Assembly (NCBI GenBank): GCA_043746615.1
Contig: JAYTQR010000205.1
Coordinates: forward strand, 1-58,203
Length of the DNA stretch: 58,203 bases
DNA from: Gammaproteobacteria bacterium
GTDB taxonomy: Bacteria; Pseudomonadota; Gammaproteobacteria; Steroidobacterales; Steroidobacteraceae
Direction: 5' to 3'
Below are positions 1-9,956 of this stretch, one piece after another. The notes beneath the pieces were generated by a model. That model was not told the origin of the DNA. It ran no database searches and saw only the letters and a list, made by a program, of their open reading frames with translations. Within the stretch, counting starts at the first letter, position 1. Every line of letters begins with the position of its first letter. A program made the translations under genes and the position numbers.

Positions 1-348
<348 letters not shown>

Positions 349-364
349 CGGCCGAGGGAACATC

Positions 365-784
365 ATGGCGAACACCATTCATGTCGATATCGTCAGCGCC
401 GAAGGACATATCTTTGCGGGCGAGGCCAGCATGGTGTTTGCGCCGGCCTCCCTGGGTGATATCGGCATTGCGCCGCGCCACGCGCCGCTGTTGACGAAAC
501 TGAGGCCGGGCGAAATCCGTGTCCAGACCGAGGGCCACGCCGAGCAGTCGTTTTTCATCGGCGGCGGCACCCTGGAGATTCAGCCGCATGTCGTGACCGT
601 ACTTGCCGATACCGCGGTACGCGCCCATGATCTCGACGAAGCTGCGGCCCTGCAGGCGCGGCAGCGCGCGCAAGAGGCCGCCAAGGGCAAGACGGACAAG
701 ATCGAACTCGCGGAAGCGCAAGCGGAGCTCGCGCGCGCAGTAGCGCAACTGCGTGTCATCGAACGACTGCGCAAGACGCGTTAA
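365..784 (+). CDS. atpC: F0F1 ATP synthase subunit epsilon
   Basis: ATG at 365 lies inside track ORF 266..784. MANTIHVDIVSAEGHIFAGEASMVFAPASLGDIGIAPRHAPLLTKLRPGEIRV is a typical AtpC N-terminus. Position after atpD fits. Confidence 0.93.
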   Translation: MANTIHVDIVSAEGHIFAGEASMVFAPASLGDIGIAPRHAPLLTKLRPGEIRVQTEGHAEQSFFIGGGTLEIQPHVVTVLADTAVRAHDLDEAAALQARQRAQEAAKGKTDKIELAEAQAELARAVAQLRVIERLRKTR

Positions 785-811
785 CGGATCCAGGCAGCGC
801 TCGGCCCAGAC

Positions 812-2233
812 ATGCCGCTCGACATCGTCATACTGGCAGCGGGACAGGGGCAGCGGATGAATTCCGACCTGCCAAAAGTGCTGCAACCGCTCGCCGGGCG
901 GCCGTTGTTGGCACACGTCATCGAGACGGCTGCGCGTCTCGCGCCGCAGGGCATTTATGTCGTCTACGGCTACGGCGGGGCCGCCGTGCAGGCGGCGCTC
1001 GCCGATGCGCCGGTCGATTGGGTATTGCAGGCCGAACAGTTGGGCACGGGTCACGCCGTCATGCAGGCCATGCCGTTGATACCCGACGGTCACCGCGTGT
1101 TGGTGCTCTACGGCGACGTGCCGCTGCTGCGCGCCGGCAGTTTGCGTGAACTCGTCGACGGCGACGGCGCGACGCTTGCCCTGCTGACCGCGCGGCTGAC
1201 GGATCCCACCGGCTACGGACGCATCATCCGCGATCGGCACGGCAGTGTCGCCGCGATCGTCGAACACCGCGATGCGACCGCGGAGCAGCGTCTGATTCAG
1301 GAGGTCAATACCGGCCTGCTCGCCGCGCCCGCGAAAAAACTGCGGGAATGGCTCTTGGGCTTGCGCAACGACAATACGCAGCGCGAGTACTATCTGACGG
1401 ACGTGATCGCTGCGGCCGTGGCCGCTGGCCACCGCGTCGATACAGTGCTCGCTGCGAGCGCAGCCGAAATCGCCGGCGTCAATGACAAGGTGCAGCTCGC
1501 GGAAGCGGAAGCCGCGTATCGGCGCGAACGGACCCGGGAGCTGTTGCTTGCGGGCGCGACGCTCGCCGACCCTCTGCGCGTCGATGTGCGGGGCGAGGTG
1601 GAGGTCGGCCGCGACGTGTTCATCGACGTCAACGTCGTGTTGACCGGCAAGGTCAAGCTCGGTGCGCGCGTGAAGATCGGTCCGAATTGCCTAATCGGCG
1701 ACGCGGTCATCGGCGACGGCACCGAGGTGTGTGCTAATTGCGTTATCGATCAGGTGTCGGTCGGCGCGGACTGTGTAGTAGGGCCGTACGCGCGTCTGCG
1801 CCCCGGCACCCAACTGCACGCGCGTGTCCACGTCGGCAATTTCGTCGAGGTCAAGAACAGCGAGCTCGGGCAGGGCAGCAAGGCAAACCATTTGAGCTAC
1901 GTGGGAGACGCTTCGATCGGACGCGACGTCAACGTGGGTGCCGGCAGCATCACCTGTAATTACGACGGCGCGAACAAGTGGCCGACGAAGATCGGCGACG
2001 GTGCCTTCATCGGTTCGGGCAGCATGCTCGTCGCGCCGGTGCGGATCGGCGCCTACGCGACGATCGGCGCCGGCTCGACGATCTCGCAGGATGCGCCCGA
2101 CGGCAAGCTGACGCTGACGCGTGCGAAACAGACGACCGTCGACGCCTGGAGCCGGCCGCCGAAGCTCGACGAGCAGCAAAAGGCGGCGGCGATCGACGCG
2201 TCGCTGCACAAACCGAAAGGTTCCAAGCGCTGA
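812..2233 (+). CDS. glmU: bifunctional UDP-N-acetylglucosamine pyrophosphorylase / glucosamine-1-phosphate N-acetyltransferase
   Basis: 473 aa. N-terminal LAAGQGQRM nucleotidyltransferase motif, C-terminal left-handed beta-helix hexapeptide repeats, and atpC-glmU-glmS synteny. Confidence 0.95.
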   Translation: MPLDIVILAAGQGQRMNSDLPKVLQPLAGRPLLAHVIETAARLAPQGIYVVYGYGGAAVQAALADAPVDWVLQAEQLGTGHAVMQAMPLIPDGHRVLVLYGDVPLLRAGSLRELVDGDGATLALLTARLTDPTGYGRIIRDRHGSVAAIVEHRDATAEQRLIQEVNTGLLAAPAKKLREWLLGLRNDNTQREYYLTDVIAAAVAAGHRVDTVLAASAAEIAGVNDKVQLAEAEAAYRRERTRELLLAGATLADPLRVDVRGEVEVGRDVFIDVNVVLTGKVKLGARVKIGPNCLIGDAVIGDGTEVCANCVIDQVSVGADCVVGPYARLRPGTQLHARVHVGNFVEVKNSELGQGSKANHLSYVGDASIGRDVNVGAGSITCNYDGANKWPTKIGDGAFIGSGSMLVAPVRIGAYATIGAGSTISQDAPDGKLTLTRAKQTTVDAWSRPPKLDEQQKAAAIDASLHKPKGSKR

Positions 2234-2588
2234 GCCGCGGGCGCCGATCGTAAGCGTTGCCATATGCCGTCGCATGATTATGCCGTCCAGCTCCGGCGCT
2301 GAGCCTGCTGCTGCTGCCCGAATAATTGTCCGCGCGCGAGACATTGATGGCCCGCGGCCCGCAGCGAGTGTACCAACCGTCCCTCTAGGTCGTGCTCGCC
2401 AACCGGATTATGACGTTCGGCGCGCCGAGTGCCGGAGATCTGTACGAAGCCGGCAGCGATCGCCATTTCCCGATGGCGCCCGCGCACTGACGGCCGGAGC
2501 GCCGGCCAGCCGGTGTGGTCCGGACCCATCGGTCCGGTTCATGCGGTACCATGGGGCAATATTTCCCATGGGCTTGCGGAGCCGGTGC

Positions 2589-4424
2589 ATGTGCGGAATC
2601 GTCGGAGTCGTCGCGGAGCGAAACGTGGTGCCGATCCTGCTGGAGGGACTGCGGCGCCTCGAATACCGCGGCTATGATTCGGCCGGCTTGGCGGTCTTGA
2701 GCGCCGACGCGAACCTGCAACGCCTGCGCACGGTCGGCAAGGTCAAAGTCCTGCAAGAGGCTGTCGATGCCGCGCCGATTGCCGGGCACGTAGGTATTGC
2801 CCACACGCGCTGGGCGACCCACGGCGTGCCGTCGACGCGCAACGCACATCCGCACATTTCGCGCGACGGCATCGCCATCGTCCACAACGGCATCATCGAG
2901 AACCACGAGCACTTACGCGCCGATCTGACGGAGCTCGGCTACAGCTTCAGCTCCGACACCGACACGGAGGTGATCGCGCATCGCATCCATCATCACATGA
3001 TGAAGTCGCCGGGTCTGCTCGGCGCGGTCCGCATGACGGTCGGCGAGCTGCGCGGCGCCTATGCGCTCGCGGTCGTCAGTGAACACGACCCAGAATGCAT
3101 CGTGCTCGCCCGGCAGGGTTGCCCGGTCGTCATCGGTCTCGGCATCGACGAGAACTTCGTCGCTTCGGACGTTGCCGCATTGCTGCCGGTGACGCGCCGC
3201 TTCATGTTCCTGAACGAAGGCGACGTCGGCGAGATCCGCCGCAAGTCGATCACGATTATCGATGCGGCCGGCCGCAATGCGCAACGCGAGGTGCGCGCAA
3301 GCGAGTTGCCGGCCGACGCCGTCGAGCGAGGTCAATACCGGCATTTCATGTTAAAGGAAATCCACGAGCAGCCGCGGGCGATCGCGCAGACGCTCGAGGA
3401 GCGCGTCGCCGGTGGACGCTTGCTGGACGCCGCGTTCGGGCCGGCCGCGCCGTCGGTGTTCGCGCGGGTCAAGGCCGTGCACATCGCCGCTTGCGGAACC
3501 AGTTATCACGCCGGTCTCGCGGCCTGTTATTTCCTGGAAAATATTTGCCGCATTCCGGCAAGAATAGAGTTCGCGAGCGAGTACCGCTACCGCAACCCGG
3601 TCGTCACCGCGGATACGCTATTCGTGACGATCTCGCAGTCCGGCGAGACGGCCGACACCTTGGCGGCCCTGCGTGCCGCACGGGAATCCGGCTATTTATC
3701 CACACTGACGATCTGCAACGTTGCCGAGAGTTCGATGGTGCGCGATTCGCAGCTCGTGCTGCTGACGCGCGCCGGACCGGAAATCGGCGTCGCCTCGACG
3801 AAGGCGTTCACGACACAGCTGACGGCCCTCGGCATGTTGACCATCGCGCTCGCGAAGCATCGGCTGATGGACGCCCCGCGAGAGCACGAGCTGGTCGCGC
3901 AGTTGCTGCAGTTGCCGGGGCTCGTCGAGAAAATCTTGAAATTGGATCCGCTGATCGAGAAGCTGGCCGAAACTTTCGCCGAGAAGCAGCATGCGCTGTT
4001 CGTGGGCCGCGGAGCGCTGCATGCGATCGCGATGGAAGGAGCCTTGAAGCTCAAGGAGATTTCCTACATACACGCAGAGGCGTATGCGGCCGCTGAACTG
4101 AAGCACGGCCCGCTTGCCCTCGTCGACGAAGACATGCCGGTCGTCGCCGTGGCGCCGAACAATGAGCTGCTCGAGAAATTGAAGTCCAATCTGCAGGAAG
4201 TGCGCGCCCGCGGCGGCAGGCTGTTCGTCTTCGCCGATTCGGATGCGGGCATGCATAGCGGCGACGGCTTGACGGTCATCGAAATGCCGGTCGCCGCGAC
4301 CGCGATACAAGCACCGGTCCTGTATACCATCCCGCTGCAATTGCTCGCGTATCATGTCGCCGTGCTGAAGGGCACCGACGTCGATCAGCCGCGCAACCTG
4401 GCCAAGAGCCTGACGGTCGAGTAG
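2589..4424 (+). CDS. glmS: glutamine--fructose-6-phosphate aminotransferase (isomerizing)
   Basis: The internal ATG at 2589 gives the canonical MCGIVG N-terminal nucleophile start. Two SIS domains and a C-terminal ...[15 protein letters not shown] are present. The 156-codon upstream extension in track ORF 2121..4424 is Arg/Ala-rich filler. Confidence 0.95.
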   Translation: MCGIVGVVAERNVVPILLEGLRRLEYRGYDSAGLAVLSADANLQRLRTVGKVKVLQEAVDAAPIAGHVGIAHTRWATHGVPSTRNAHPHISRDGIAIVHNGIIENHEHLRADLTELGYSFSSDTDTEVIAHRIHHHMMKSPGLLGAVRMTVGELRGAYALAVVSEHDPECIVLARQGCPVVIGLGIDENFVASDVAALLPVTRRFMFLNEGDVGEIRRKSITIIDAAGRNAQREVRASELPADAVERGQYRHFMLKEIHEQPRAIAQTLEERVAGGRLLDAAFGPAAPSVFARVKAVHIAACGTSYHAGLAACYFLENICRIPARIEFASEYRYRNPVVTADTLFVTISQSGETADTLAALRAARESGYLSTLTICNVAESSMVRDSQLVLLTRAGPEIGVASTKAFTTQLTALGMLTIALAKHRLMDAPREHELVAQLLQLPGLVEKILKLDPLIEKLAETFAEKQHALFVGRGALHAIAMEGALKLKEISYIHAEAYAAAELKHGPLALVDEDMPVVAVAPNNELLEKLKSNLQEVRARGGRLFVFADSDAGMHSGDGLTVIEMPVAATAIQAPVLYTIPLQLLAYHVAVLKGTDVDQPRNLAKSLTVE

Positions 4425-4465
4425 CGGCGTGAGTACCGCGCAGCTAGGCTGAGGGTTTGCCACAC

Positions 4466-5125
4466 ATGGACGTCACTGCGTTCGGCCCGGCGTATTTCCG
4501 CAAGTACTATTTGGACCATCGGACCCGCGTCGTCACGCCGGTGGAGATGAGCACCAGAGCGGCGCTGATTGCGGCGATATTGCGCCAAGGGCAAATTCCG
4601 GTCGCGCGCATTCTCGACGCCGGCTGCGGCATCGGGCTGCTCAAGGAGCCGTTCGCAGCGCTCTGGCCGAGGGCGCGCTACACGGGCCTCGAACTCAGCG
4701 GCTACCTCTGCGATCGCTACGGCTGGGTTTTAGGCTCGGTCGCGGATTTCAGCCCGCGCCGCCCGTACGACCTGGTCGTCTGCTACGACGTTCTACAATA
4801 TCTGCCGGATCGCGATGCCGCGCGGGCGATAGGTAATTTATCGCGCCTCAGCCGGGCCGCCGTGTACGTATCGGCATTGACGTGCGAAGACTGGCGGAAC
4901 AATTGCGACCGCAGGCGAACCGATCGCGCCGTGCACTTACGTGTGGCGGCCTGGTACCGGCGGCGCCTGGCGCGCGGCTTTCGCTACCTCGGCTTCGGCG
5001 TTTGGCTTCGCAAGAACGTGACGGCGATCTGGTGGGAAATGGAACGTTCGCCGGCGAGAGTCAAAGCGTCGCGAGGATCCACTGCACGAGCGCGGCATGC
5101 ACCGGCTCGCCGGCGCCCGAATTGA
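4466..5125 (+). CDS. class I SAM-dependent methyltransferase
   Basis: ILDAGCGIGLL (motif I) and DLVVCYDVLQYL motifs. ATG at 4466 is preferred over TTG at 4457. The basic low-complexity tail overlaps the convergent dacB by 65 nt. Confidence 0.7.
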   Translation: MDVTAFGPAYFRKYYLDHRTRVVTPVEMSTRAALIAAILRQGQIPVARILDAGCGIGLLKEPFAALWPRARYTGLELSGYLCDRYGWVLGSVADFSPRRPYDLVVCYDVLQYLPDRDAARAIGNLSRLSRAAVYVSALTCEDWRNNCDRRRTDRAVHLRVAAWYRRRLARGFRYLGFGVWLRKNVTAIWWEMERSPARVKASRGSTARARHAPARRRPN

Positions 5126-6473
5126 CGCGTGAATCGTTGAGTAGAGAGACGAGAATGTACGTGCGTCCGCCCGGCACCAAGACATAGCCGGCGACGGCGC
5201 TGACTCCGTCGATGTGGCCTGTCTTGAGGCGCACGGCGCCGGGGGGCACGTCCCGCATGCGTGTGCGCAGCGTGCCGTCGACTCCGGCGAGGGGCAGCGA
5301 GGCGAGAAACTCGGGCGCGTAGCGGCTGTGAAAGGCGGCGCGCAACACGGCGGCGAGCGCCGTTGCCGACACGCGCGCCGTCCGCGACAAACCGGCACCG
5401 TTGTCGAGCACGACCTCGCGTAAATCGAGGCCTTGCCGCTGGCCCCACTCACGCATCGCGGCGATGCCTTTGTCCGGCGTCGCCGGCTCGCCGAAACGAT
5501 TCGCGCCGAGCGTCAGAAACAGATCGCGCGCCATCAGATTATTGCTGAATTTGTTCGTCAGCTTGATGATCTCGCCGAGGGGCAGCGAGGCAAAACTCAA
5601 CAGCAACTTCGCATCGGGCGGCGCCGCACCGATGCGCAGCCCGCCTGTGAATTCACCGCCCAATTCGCGCCACAGCGCGGTGAAAGTTCCAAAGGCGTAC
5701 TGCGCCGGCTGCAGCAGTACGCGCGTGAATTCCTGCGGCGCACAATGCGCAGCCATCGCTCCTTTGAGCACGACGTGATCCCAGGTCTGCGAGGGAACTT
5801 CGAAATCGATCCGGTCGGTGCGTTCGGTGCAGCGGCCGGCGACGAAGCGCACGAGGTTGTCGATCCGCAGATTGACCGGCGCCGGATCCGCAATGATCTC
5901 GATTCTGCGGGCGCGCACATCCGGCTGTACGCGGATATCGACCGCTTGAAAATTCACCGACAAGGCATCCGGAACCGCGTTATAAGGGCGGTGCGGATGG
6001 CTGTCGAAGGCGCCCGGGTCCACCTGCGGCAGCGCGAAAGCCCGGTCGTCGATGATGATGTTGCCCCGGATCGCATCGAGTCCCTGTCGGCGCAGTTCGC
6101 CGGCGAAGCGCCACCAGCGGTCCAAAGTCATGTACGGGTCGCCGCCGCCTTGCAGGATCAGATCGCCGCGCAAGACGCCTTTTTCGGGCGCAACGCTCGC
6201 GAGCGCCCGCGTATGCCACGTGTAGGCGGGACCGAGCGTGTCCAGGATCGCGTATGTCGTCAGCAGCTTGATCGTCGACCCTGGACTGCGCAGGGTGTCG
6301 GGATTTTCGCTCAAGGCCACGTGCCCCGTGTCGACGTCGACGACGAGAAAGCTGGCGGCGCTGAGCGGCAAATGCGCAACGTCCAGCGCCCGGACGATTT
6401 GTGGGGGTAGCGAGCCGAGGCCGAACGCCACGGCAGGCACGCCGGCCAGAATTGCAAGAAACACGTGCCGCAT
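5061..6473 (-). CDS. dacB: D-alanyl-D-alanine carboxypeptidase/endopeptidase (PBP4 family)
   Basis: Start trimmed to the ATG at 6473, giving MRHVFLAILAGVPAVAFG (signal peptide). STIKLLT (SxxK) active-site motif and S13 peptidase-like sequence throughout. The upstream 168 codons of the track ORF are rejected. Confidence 0.88.
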   Translation of the reverse strand: MRHVFLAILAGVPAVAFGLGSLPPQIVRALDVAHLPLSAASFLVVDVDTGHVALSENPDTLRSPGSTIKLLTTYAILDTLGPAYTWHTRALASVAPEKGVLRGDLILQGGGDPYMTLDRWWRFAGELRRQGLDAIRGNIIIDDRAFALPQVDPGAFDSHPHRPYNAVPDALSVNFQAVDIRVQPDVRARRIEIIADPAPVNLRIDNLVRFVAGRCTERTDRIDFEVPSQTWDHVVLKGAMAAHCAPQEFTRVLLQPAQYAFGTFTALWRELGGEFTGGLRIGAAPPDAKLLLSFASLPLGEIIKLTNKFSNNLMARDLFLTLGANRFGEPATPDKGIAAMREWGQRQGLDLREVVLDNGAGLSRTARVSATALAAVLRAAFHSRYAPEFLASLPLAGVDGTLRTRMRDVPPGAVRLKTGHIDGVSAVAGYVLVPGGRTYILVSLLNDSRVNSGAGEPVHAALVQWILATL

Positions 6474-6726
6474 CGCGAAATCCCCCGAAACCACGGCGCG
6501 ATGCACAGCCGACCGCCGGAGCGCCGACGCCGTAACCGCAACACGCCCAAACAACAAAAAAACAACGGCAGCCAGCCGAGCGCCGACAGCACTGCGCCCG
6601 AGCCGCAGCGGCCAGTCTAACCACCCTTCGCCCGATGTAAACGATAGGATAGACGCGCGCGGCACGAATAGCAGCCGCGATAGCGCGATGATCGAGCCGG
6701 CGAGCATGACGAGCCGCCGCAAAGGA

Positions 6727-7158
6727 ATGAATCCGACGATGCAGCGGACTTTACTGGGCGGCTTCAAAGTCGAGGTCTTGGGCGGCGACGCGTGGCGCGT
6801 CAGCGGCACGGATTCGGCCGTGCTGCTGCATCTGCGCGCGGTGCGGCCCCTGGGTGGCATCGCGCCAGCGCCGGATTCACCGCCGCCCGCCGGCTGCGCC
6901 GCGGTGGGGATCGAGTGGCCGGCCGCGGCGGACGTCCGGCTGAGCTTGCACGCGCCGGCCGCAATCGCTTCGTTCACGGCCGCGAGCGCGTTGCTGCACG
7001 AACCGCAACCGCATCTCTACGAAGTTTTGCCGTTGGCGCGTTTCGACGCCGCCGCGCAGCGCTTTTGGCGCCGCGTATTCGCCACGGTGCGGATTCCGGG
7101 CGGCCGGATGTTGTTGCGCTTGCTGGCGCGATGCAACCGCGCCCGCGCCCGCGGTTGA
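6727..7158 (+). CDS. hypothetical protein
   Basis: ATG at 6727 within ORF 6238..7158. Strong GC3 bias in this frame and divergent from dacB. No recognisable domain. Confidence 0.4.
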   Translation: MNPTMQRTLLGGFKVEVLGGDAWRVSGTDSAVLLHLRAVRPLGGIAPAPDSPPPAGCAAVGIEWPAAADVRLSLHAPAAIASFTAASALLHEPQPHLYEVLPLARFDAAAQRFWRRVFATVRIPGGRMLLRLLARCNRARARG

Positions 7159-7255
7159 AGTCACAGCTTGGCCCACGGCAGCGCCGCCGACGGCGTCCGC
7201 AAATGCAATTTGCGACCCGCGTAAAAGACACGATTGGGGGATTTCCGCAATTTAG

Positions 7256-7474
7256 CGGCCGTTATCGATACGGCCGCACCGCCAATCCGAACCTTTCGGA
7301 TCGAAGGCAACCTCGGGTTTGTGCCAGGCGATTATCGCCCTGATGCCGCCCCATGACACCTACATCGAGACCCACCTGGTGGGCGGGGCGATCATGCAGC
7401 GCAAGCGGCCGGCGCTGCGTAACATCGGCATCGACCTGAATCCGCGGGCGCTGCAGAGATTCCAATCGAGGTAG
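7256..7474 (+). pseudogene. N-terminal fragment of a D12-class (Dam-like) DNA N6-adenine methyltransferase, truncated
   Basis: Frame translation ...SEPFGSKATSGLCQAIIALMPPHDTYIETHLVGGAIMQRKRPALRNIGIDLNPRALQRF* resembles the PxGSK...P.H..Y.E.F.GGGA...ND N-terminus of these methylases. There is no start codon and it stops after about 70 codons. Confidence 0.45.
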
Positions 7475-7564
7475 TGGCCGAACTGGCACTTGGCACCTTG
7501 CAGCCCGAGCGCCTCCAGATAGGTGCCCTGGTGCCTTGAACGTATAGTCTAGTTCCTAACCCCG

Positions 7565-7618
7565 CCGGAGATAGCATCTCCGGCCCGACGCCTCCCTCGC
7601 GGAGGCGTCTCTTTTTGA
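7565..7618 (+). terminator. two consecutive perfect hairpins, the second followed by a T-run (intrinsic-terminator-like)
   Basis: CCGGAGAT-agc-ATCTCCGG (7565-7583), then GACGCCTCC-ctcgc-GGAGGCGTC (7587-7609) followed by TCTCTTTTT. No intact gene lies upstream. Confidence 0.6.
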
Positions 7619-7639
7619 GGCGGCGATCCGATCGGCCGC

Positions 7640-7886
7640 GCTGGAATGCGCCAGCCGCGCTCCCGCTTTGCTGCTCACCAGGATGTCGGTATTCGGGGTA
7701 TTGCCGAGCGTGACCACCGCGAGCCATCCACGTCGGCATAATTCGCCGGCCACAATGAATCCCAAGCCGTTTGTTTGGACCGCCACGGTCAAGGACATCA
7801 TTGAAAAGATCGCTCGGGCACGCGCCAAGGCGGAGCAGATCAAGCCCGGATCCACACTTCCCCGGGGGAAAAAGCAAGCCGCCTGA
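7640..7886 (+). mobile_element. decayed C-terminal remnant of an IS630-family transposase
   Basis: ...NPKPFVWTATVKDIIEKIARARAK... matches the conserved IS630 transposase C-terminus (HN.NPKPFVWT). The preceding FAGHN lies in another frame behind a stop codon. No DDE core or inverted repeats remain. Confidence 0.6.
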
Positions 7887-7998
7887 GTGCATAGTCATTT
7901 ATGAGTCACTGCACTAGCAAGATCGCCACCTTGCCGGTTGCGCAAGTGCGGCCCGCTAGTGTATTTGCGCGCGCCGAACGACAGGAAACGAAGCCCGC

Positions 7999-8325
7999 TT
8001 GGGGAGACAATGCTGGTTGCGTCGCACTAACCGCGCCAACCAGCATCGCGTGCGCGTCGGCTCTGTTGAGGACGTGCAAAATCTGTTCGCCGTATCGGCC
8101 GAAGGCCGGCCGCTCGGCGTCGCCCTGTTCGTCCGCCCCGCGCCCAACCGCATCGTCGTGCTGCATCTTGGCGTCCAACCGCGCTCTCTGGGCGGTCGGT
8201 ACGCGAACACGCCGGTGTTGATCCGCTTGATGCACGGCATCCGCACAGCGGCGCGAGCTGCTGAGGGCGCCGAGCGCATCGAGTTGGTGTATAAGGACCG
8301 GCAACCCATGCGCTTGCACGGCTGA
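7999..8325 (+). pseudogene. possible GNAT-like acetyltransferase fragment (very uncertain)
   Basis: GC3 is about 95% in this frame. AEGRPLGVALFVRPAPNRIVVLHLGVQP...LIRLMHGIRTAARAAEGAERIEL loosely resembles GNAT beta3-beta4-alpha3-beta5. There is no proper N-terminus, and the opposite-strand ORF 7906..8382 cannot be excluded. Confidence 0.2.
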
Positions 8326-8338
8326 CACAGAGGTGTCC

Positions 8339-8980
8339 ATGGCGGATTTGACCGAAACGGTACGCGGCAAAACGGTGGTCATTCATTTTGACGGCAGCAA
8401 GTGCATTCACTCGCGTCACTGTGTGCTCGACCGGCCGGACGTGTTCGTGTCGAATGTCGATGGCGCATGGATACATCCGGATAGCGCGACCGCCGACGAA
8501 GTCGCCGAACTCGCACACAATTGCCCTTCCGGCGCCATTCGTTTCGAGCCCCTTGAGGGGGGTGCCGGTGAACGGCCGCCACTGGTCAATGTCGTGCGCA
8601 TTCGAGAAAACGGCCCGTTGGCATTCCGCGCACCGCTGACCGTGGGCGCCACCGACGCGGGTATGCGGGCGACCTTGTGCCGCTGCGGCGCATCGAAGCA
8701 CAAGCCTTATTGCGACAACAGTCACGCGGCGGCCAATTTCAATGCGAGCGGCGAACCGCCGGCGCTCGAATCCCAGCCTCTCCTCATGCGTGATGGGCCG
8801 TTGCAGATCACGCCGCTGCCGAACGGCCCGTTGCAGGTGTCCGGATCGCTGGAAATAGTCAGCGGCACCGGCCGCACGCTATTGCGGTGCACGGAAACCT
8901 ATTTGTGCCGCTGCGGCGGGTCGGCGAACAAGCCGTATTGCGATGGGTCGCACGCGAAACTGGGTTTCAAATCCGGCTGA
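8339..8980 (+). CDS. iron-sulfur protein: divergent 4Fe-4S mono-cluster domain fused to two CDGSH-type domains
   Basis: N-terminal GSKCIHSRHCV...NCPSGAI. Two CDGSH motifs are present: CRCGASKHKPYCDNSH and CRCGGSANKPYCDGSH. ATG at 8339 (GTG at 8333 also possible). Confidence 0.85.
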   Translation: MADLTETVRGKTVVIHFDGSKCIHSRHCVLDRPDVFVSNVDGAWIHPDSATADEVAELAHNCPSGAIRFEPLEGGAGERPPLVNVVRIRENGPLAFRAPLTVGATDAGMRATLCRCGASKHKPYCDNSHAAANFNASGEPPALESQPLLMRDGPLQITPLPNGPLQVSGSLEIVSGTGRTLLRCTETYLCRCGGSANKPYCDGSHAKLGFKSG

Positions 8981-9026
8981 TGCCGAATGATGCTCTTTTT
9001 CGACGTCGCCGGGCGGCGCCAGCGCG

Positions 9027-9797
9027 CTAGATTGCGTTGATCCGCGTGGCGGCGATCGCCAAAGCGTCGGCCAGGCGCCGCGCCCACGCTCTTTGCCCGG
9101 CCGCATCCGCGATCAGGTCCTGGCGGATCTCGACTTCGACGTGTACCAGGCCGCGCTTCTCGCCGTATTCGGGAATCGCATAATCGCTGGTATCACTGAC
9201 CGCGTACGGCTCGTTCTCGCCGACGATCAGTTCTGCGTCCCGTCGCAGCACCTCGAGCAGCACGACCGCAAGGCGCGCGTCGCGCTGGTAGAGGATGCCG
9301 GCATGCCATGGCCGCGACCGGCCGAGGAACACCGGCGTGAAGCTGTGCATCGAGACTAACACCGTGGGGCGGCGCTGCGTCCGGCGCGCATCGAGCAATC
9401 CGCGGATGCGTGCATGATAGGGCGTGAATACCTCGCGCTCGCGACGCTCGCGGTCGGCAGCGCCCACCGCCTCGTTGCCGGGAATCCGCGTCCCCTCGCT
9501 CGCGCTAACGATCGATCCGGCGCTGCCAGGCGGACGATTGCAGTCAATGACCAAACGAGAGTAATTCTGCATAACCACGCATGCGTCGAGGATCTCCGCC
9601 AGCTCGCGCGCGACGTCGGCGGCACCGATGTCCCAGGCGATATGCCGGTCGAGATCCGCAGCGATCAAGCCGAGAGTGCCCAACGCGCGCGGAATCCGCG
9701 CGCCGGCATGATCGCAAACGAGGAAGAACGGCGATACGCCGAGGGGCCGTTCCACTTGCACGGCGGCGGGTTCGTCGGCGGCGATCAGCGCAGGCAT
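9027..9797 (-). CDS. N-formylglutamate amidohydrolase family protein
   Basis: FFLVCDHAGARIP...RHIAWDIGA...NYSRLVIDCNRPP...VSMHSFTP motifs of the FGase family. Start trimmed to the ATG at 9797; the ORF extends to the ATG at 9881. Confidence 0.8.
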   Translation of the reverse strand: MPALIAADEPAAVQVERPLGVSPFFLVCDHAGARIPRALGTLGLIAADLDRHIAWDIGAADVARELAEILDACVVMQNYSRLVIDCNRPPGSAGSIVSASEGTRIPGNEAVGAADRERREREVFTPYHARIRGLLDARRTQRRPTVLVSMHSFTPVFLGRSRPWHAGILYQRDARLAVVLLEVLRRDAELIVGENEPYAVSDTSDYAIPEYGEKRGLVHVEVEIRQDLIADAAGQRAWARRLADALAIAATRINAI

Positions 9798-9956
9798 AAG
9801 TTGGCATACTAGCGCGGCGAGCAGCGAAAACCAGCCATGCCGCCGACTATTGAACTGCAAAATCGTGGCGCTCTGCTGCATGCGGACGGCAAGCGCCGCC
9901 GCGCCGCGCTAGGCGGCGGCGACACGCGCCCGGCGGCCGGGACCGCCGCCGTGCCG

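Noticed and set aside
2234-2588. glmS ribozyme upstream of glmS.
   Set aside because: No match to the ribozyme core (e.g. AGCGCC...GACGAGG elements). I know that ribozyme mainly from Gram-positive lineages. Only generic palindromes were seen.
2121-2588. 156-codon N-terminal extension of glmS in the ORF track.
   Set aside because: GlmS must begin Met-Cys (MCGIVG), since the Cys is the N-terminal nucleophile. The extension is Arg/Ala/Pro-rich filler typical of open frames in GC-rich DNA.
6474-6977. 168-codon N-terminal extension of dacB.
   Set aside because: The sequence is low-complexity. A proper signal peptide begins at the ATG at 6473, giving a PBP4 of normal length.
7484-7502. Sigma-54 promoter-like string TGGCACTTGGCACCTTGCA.
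   Set aside because: Neither GG...GC pair has the required -24/-12 spacing (TGGCAC-N5-TTGC). It is probably coincidental within decayed DNA.
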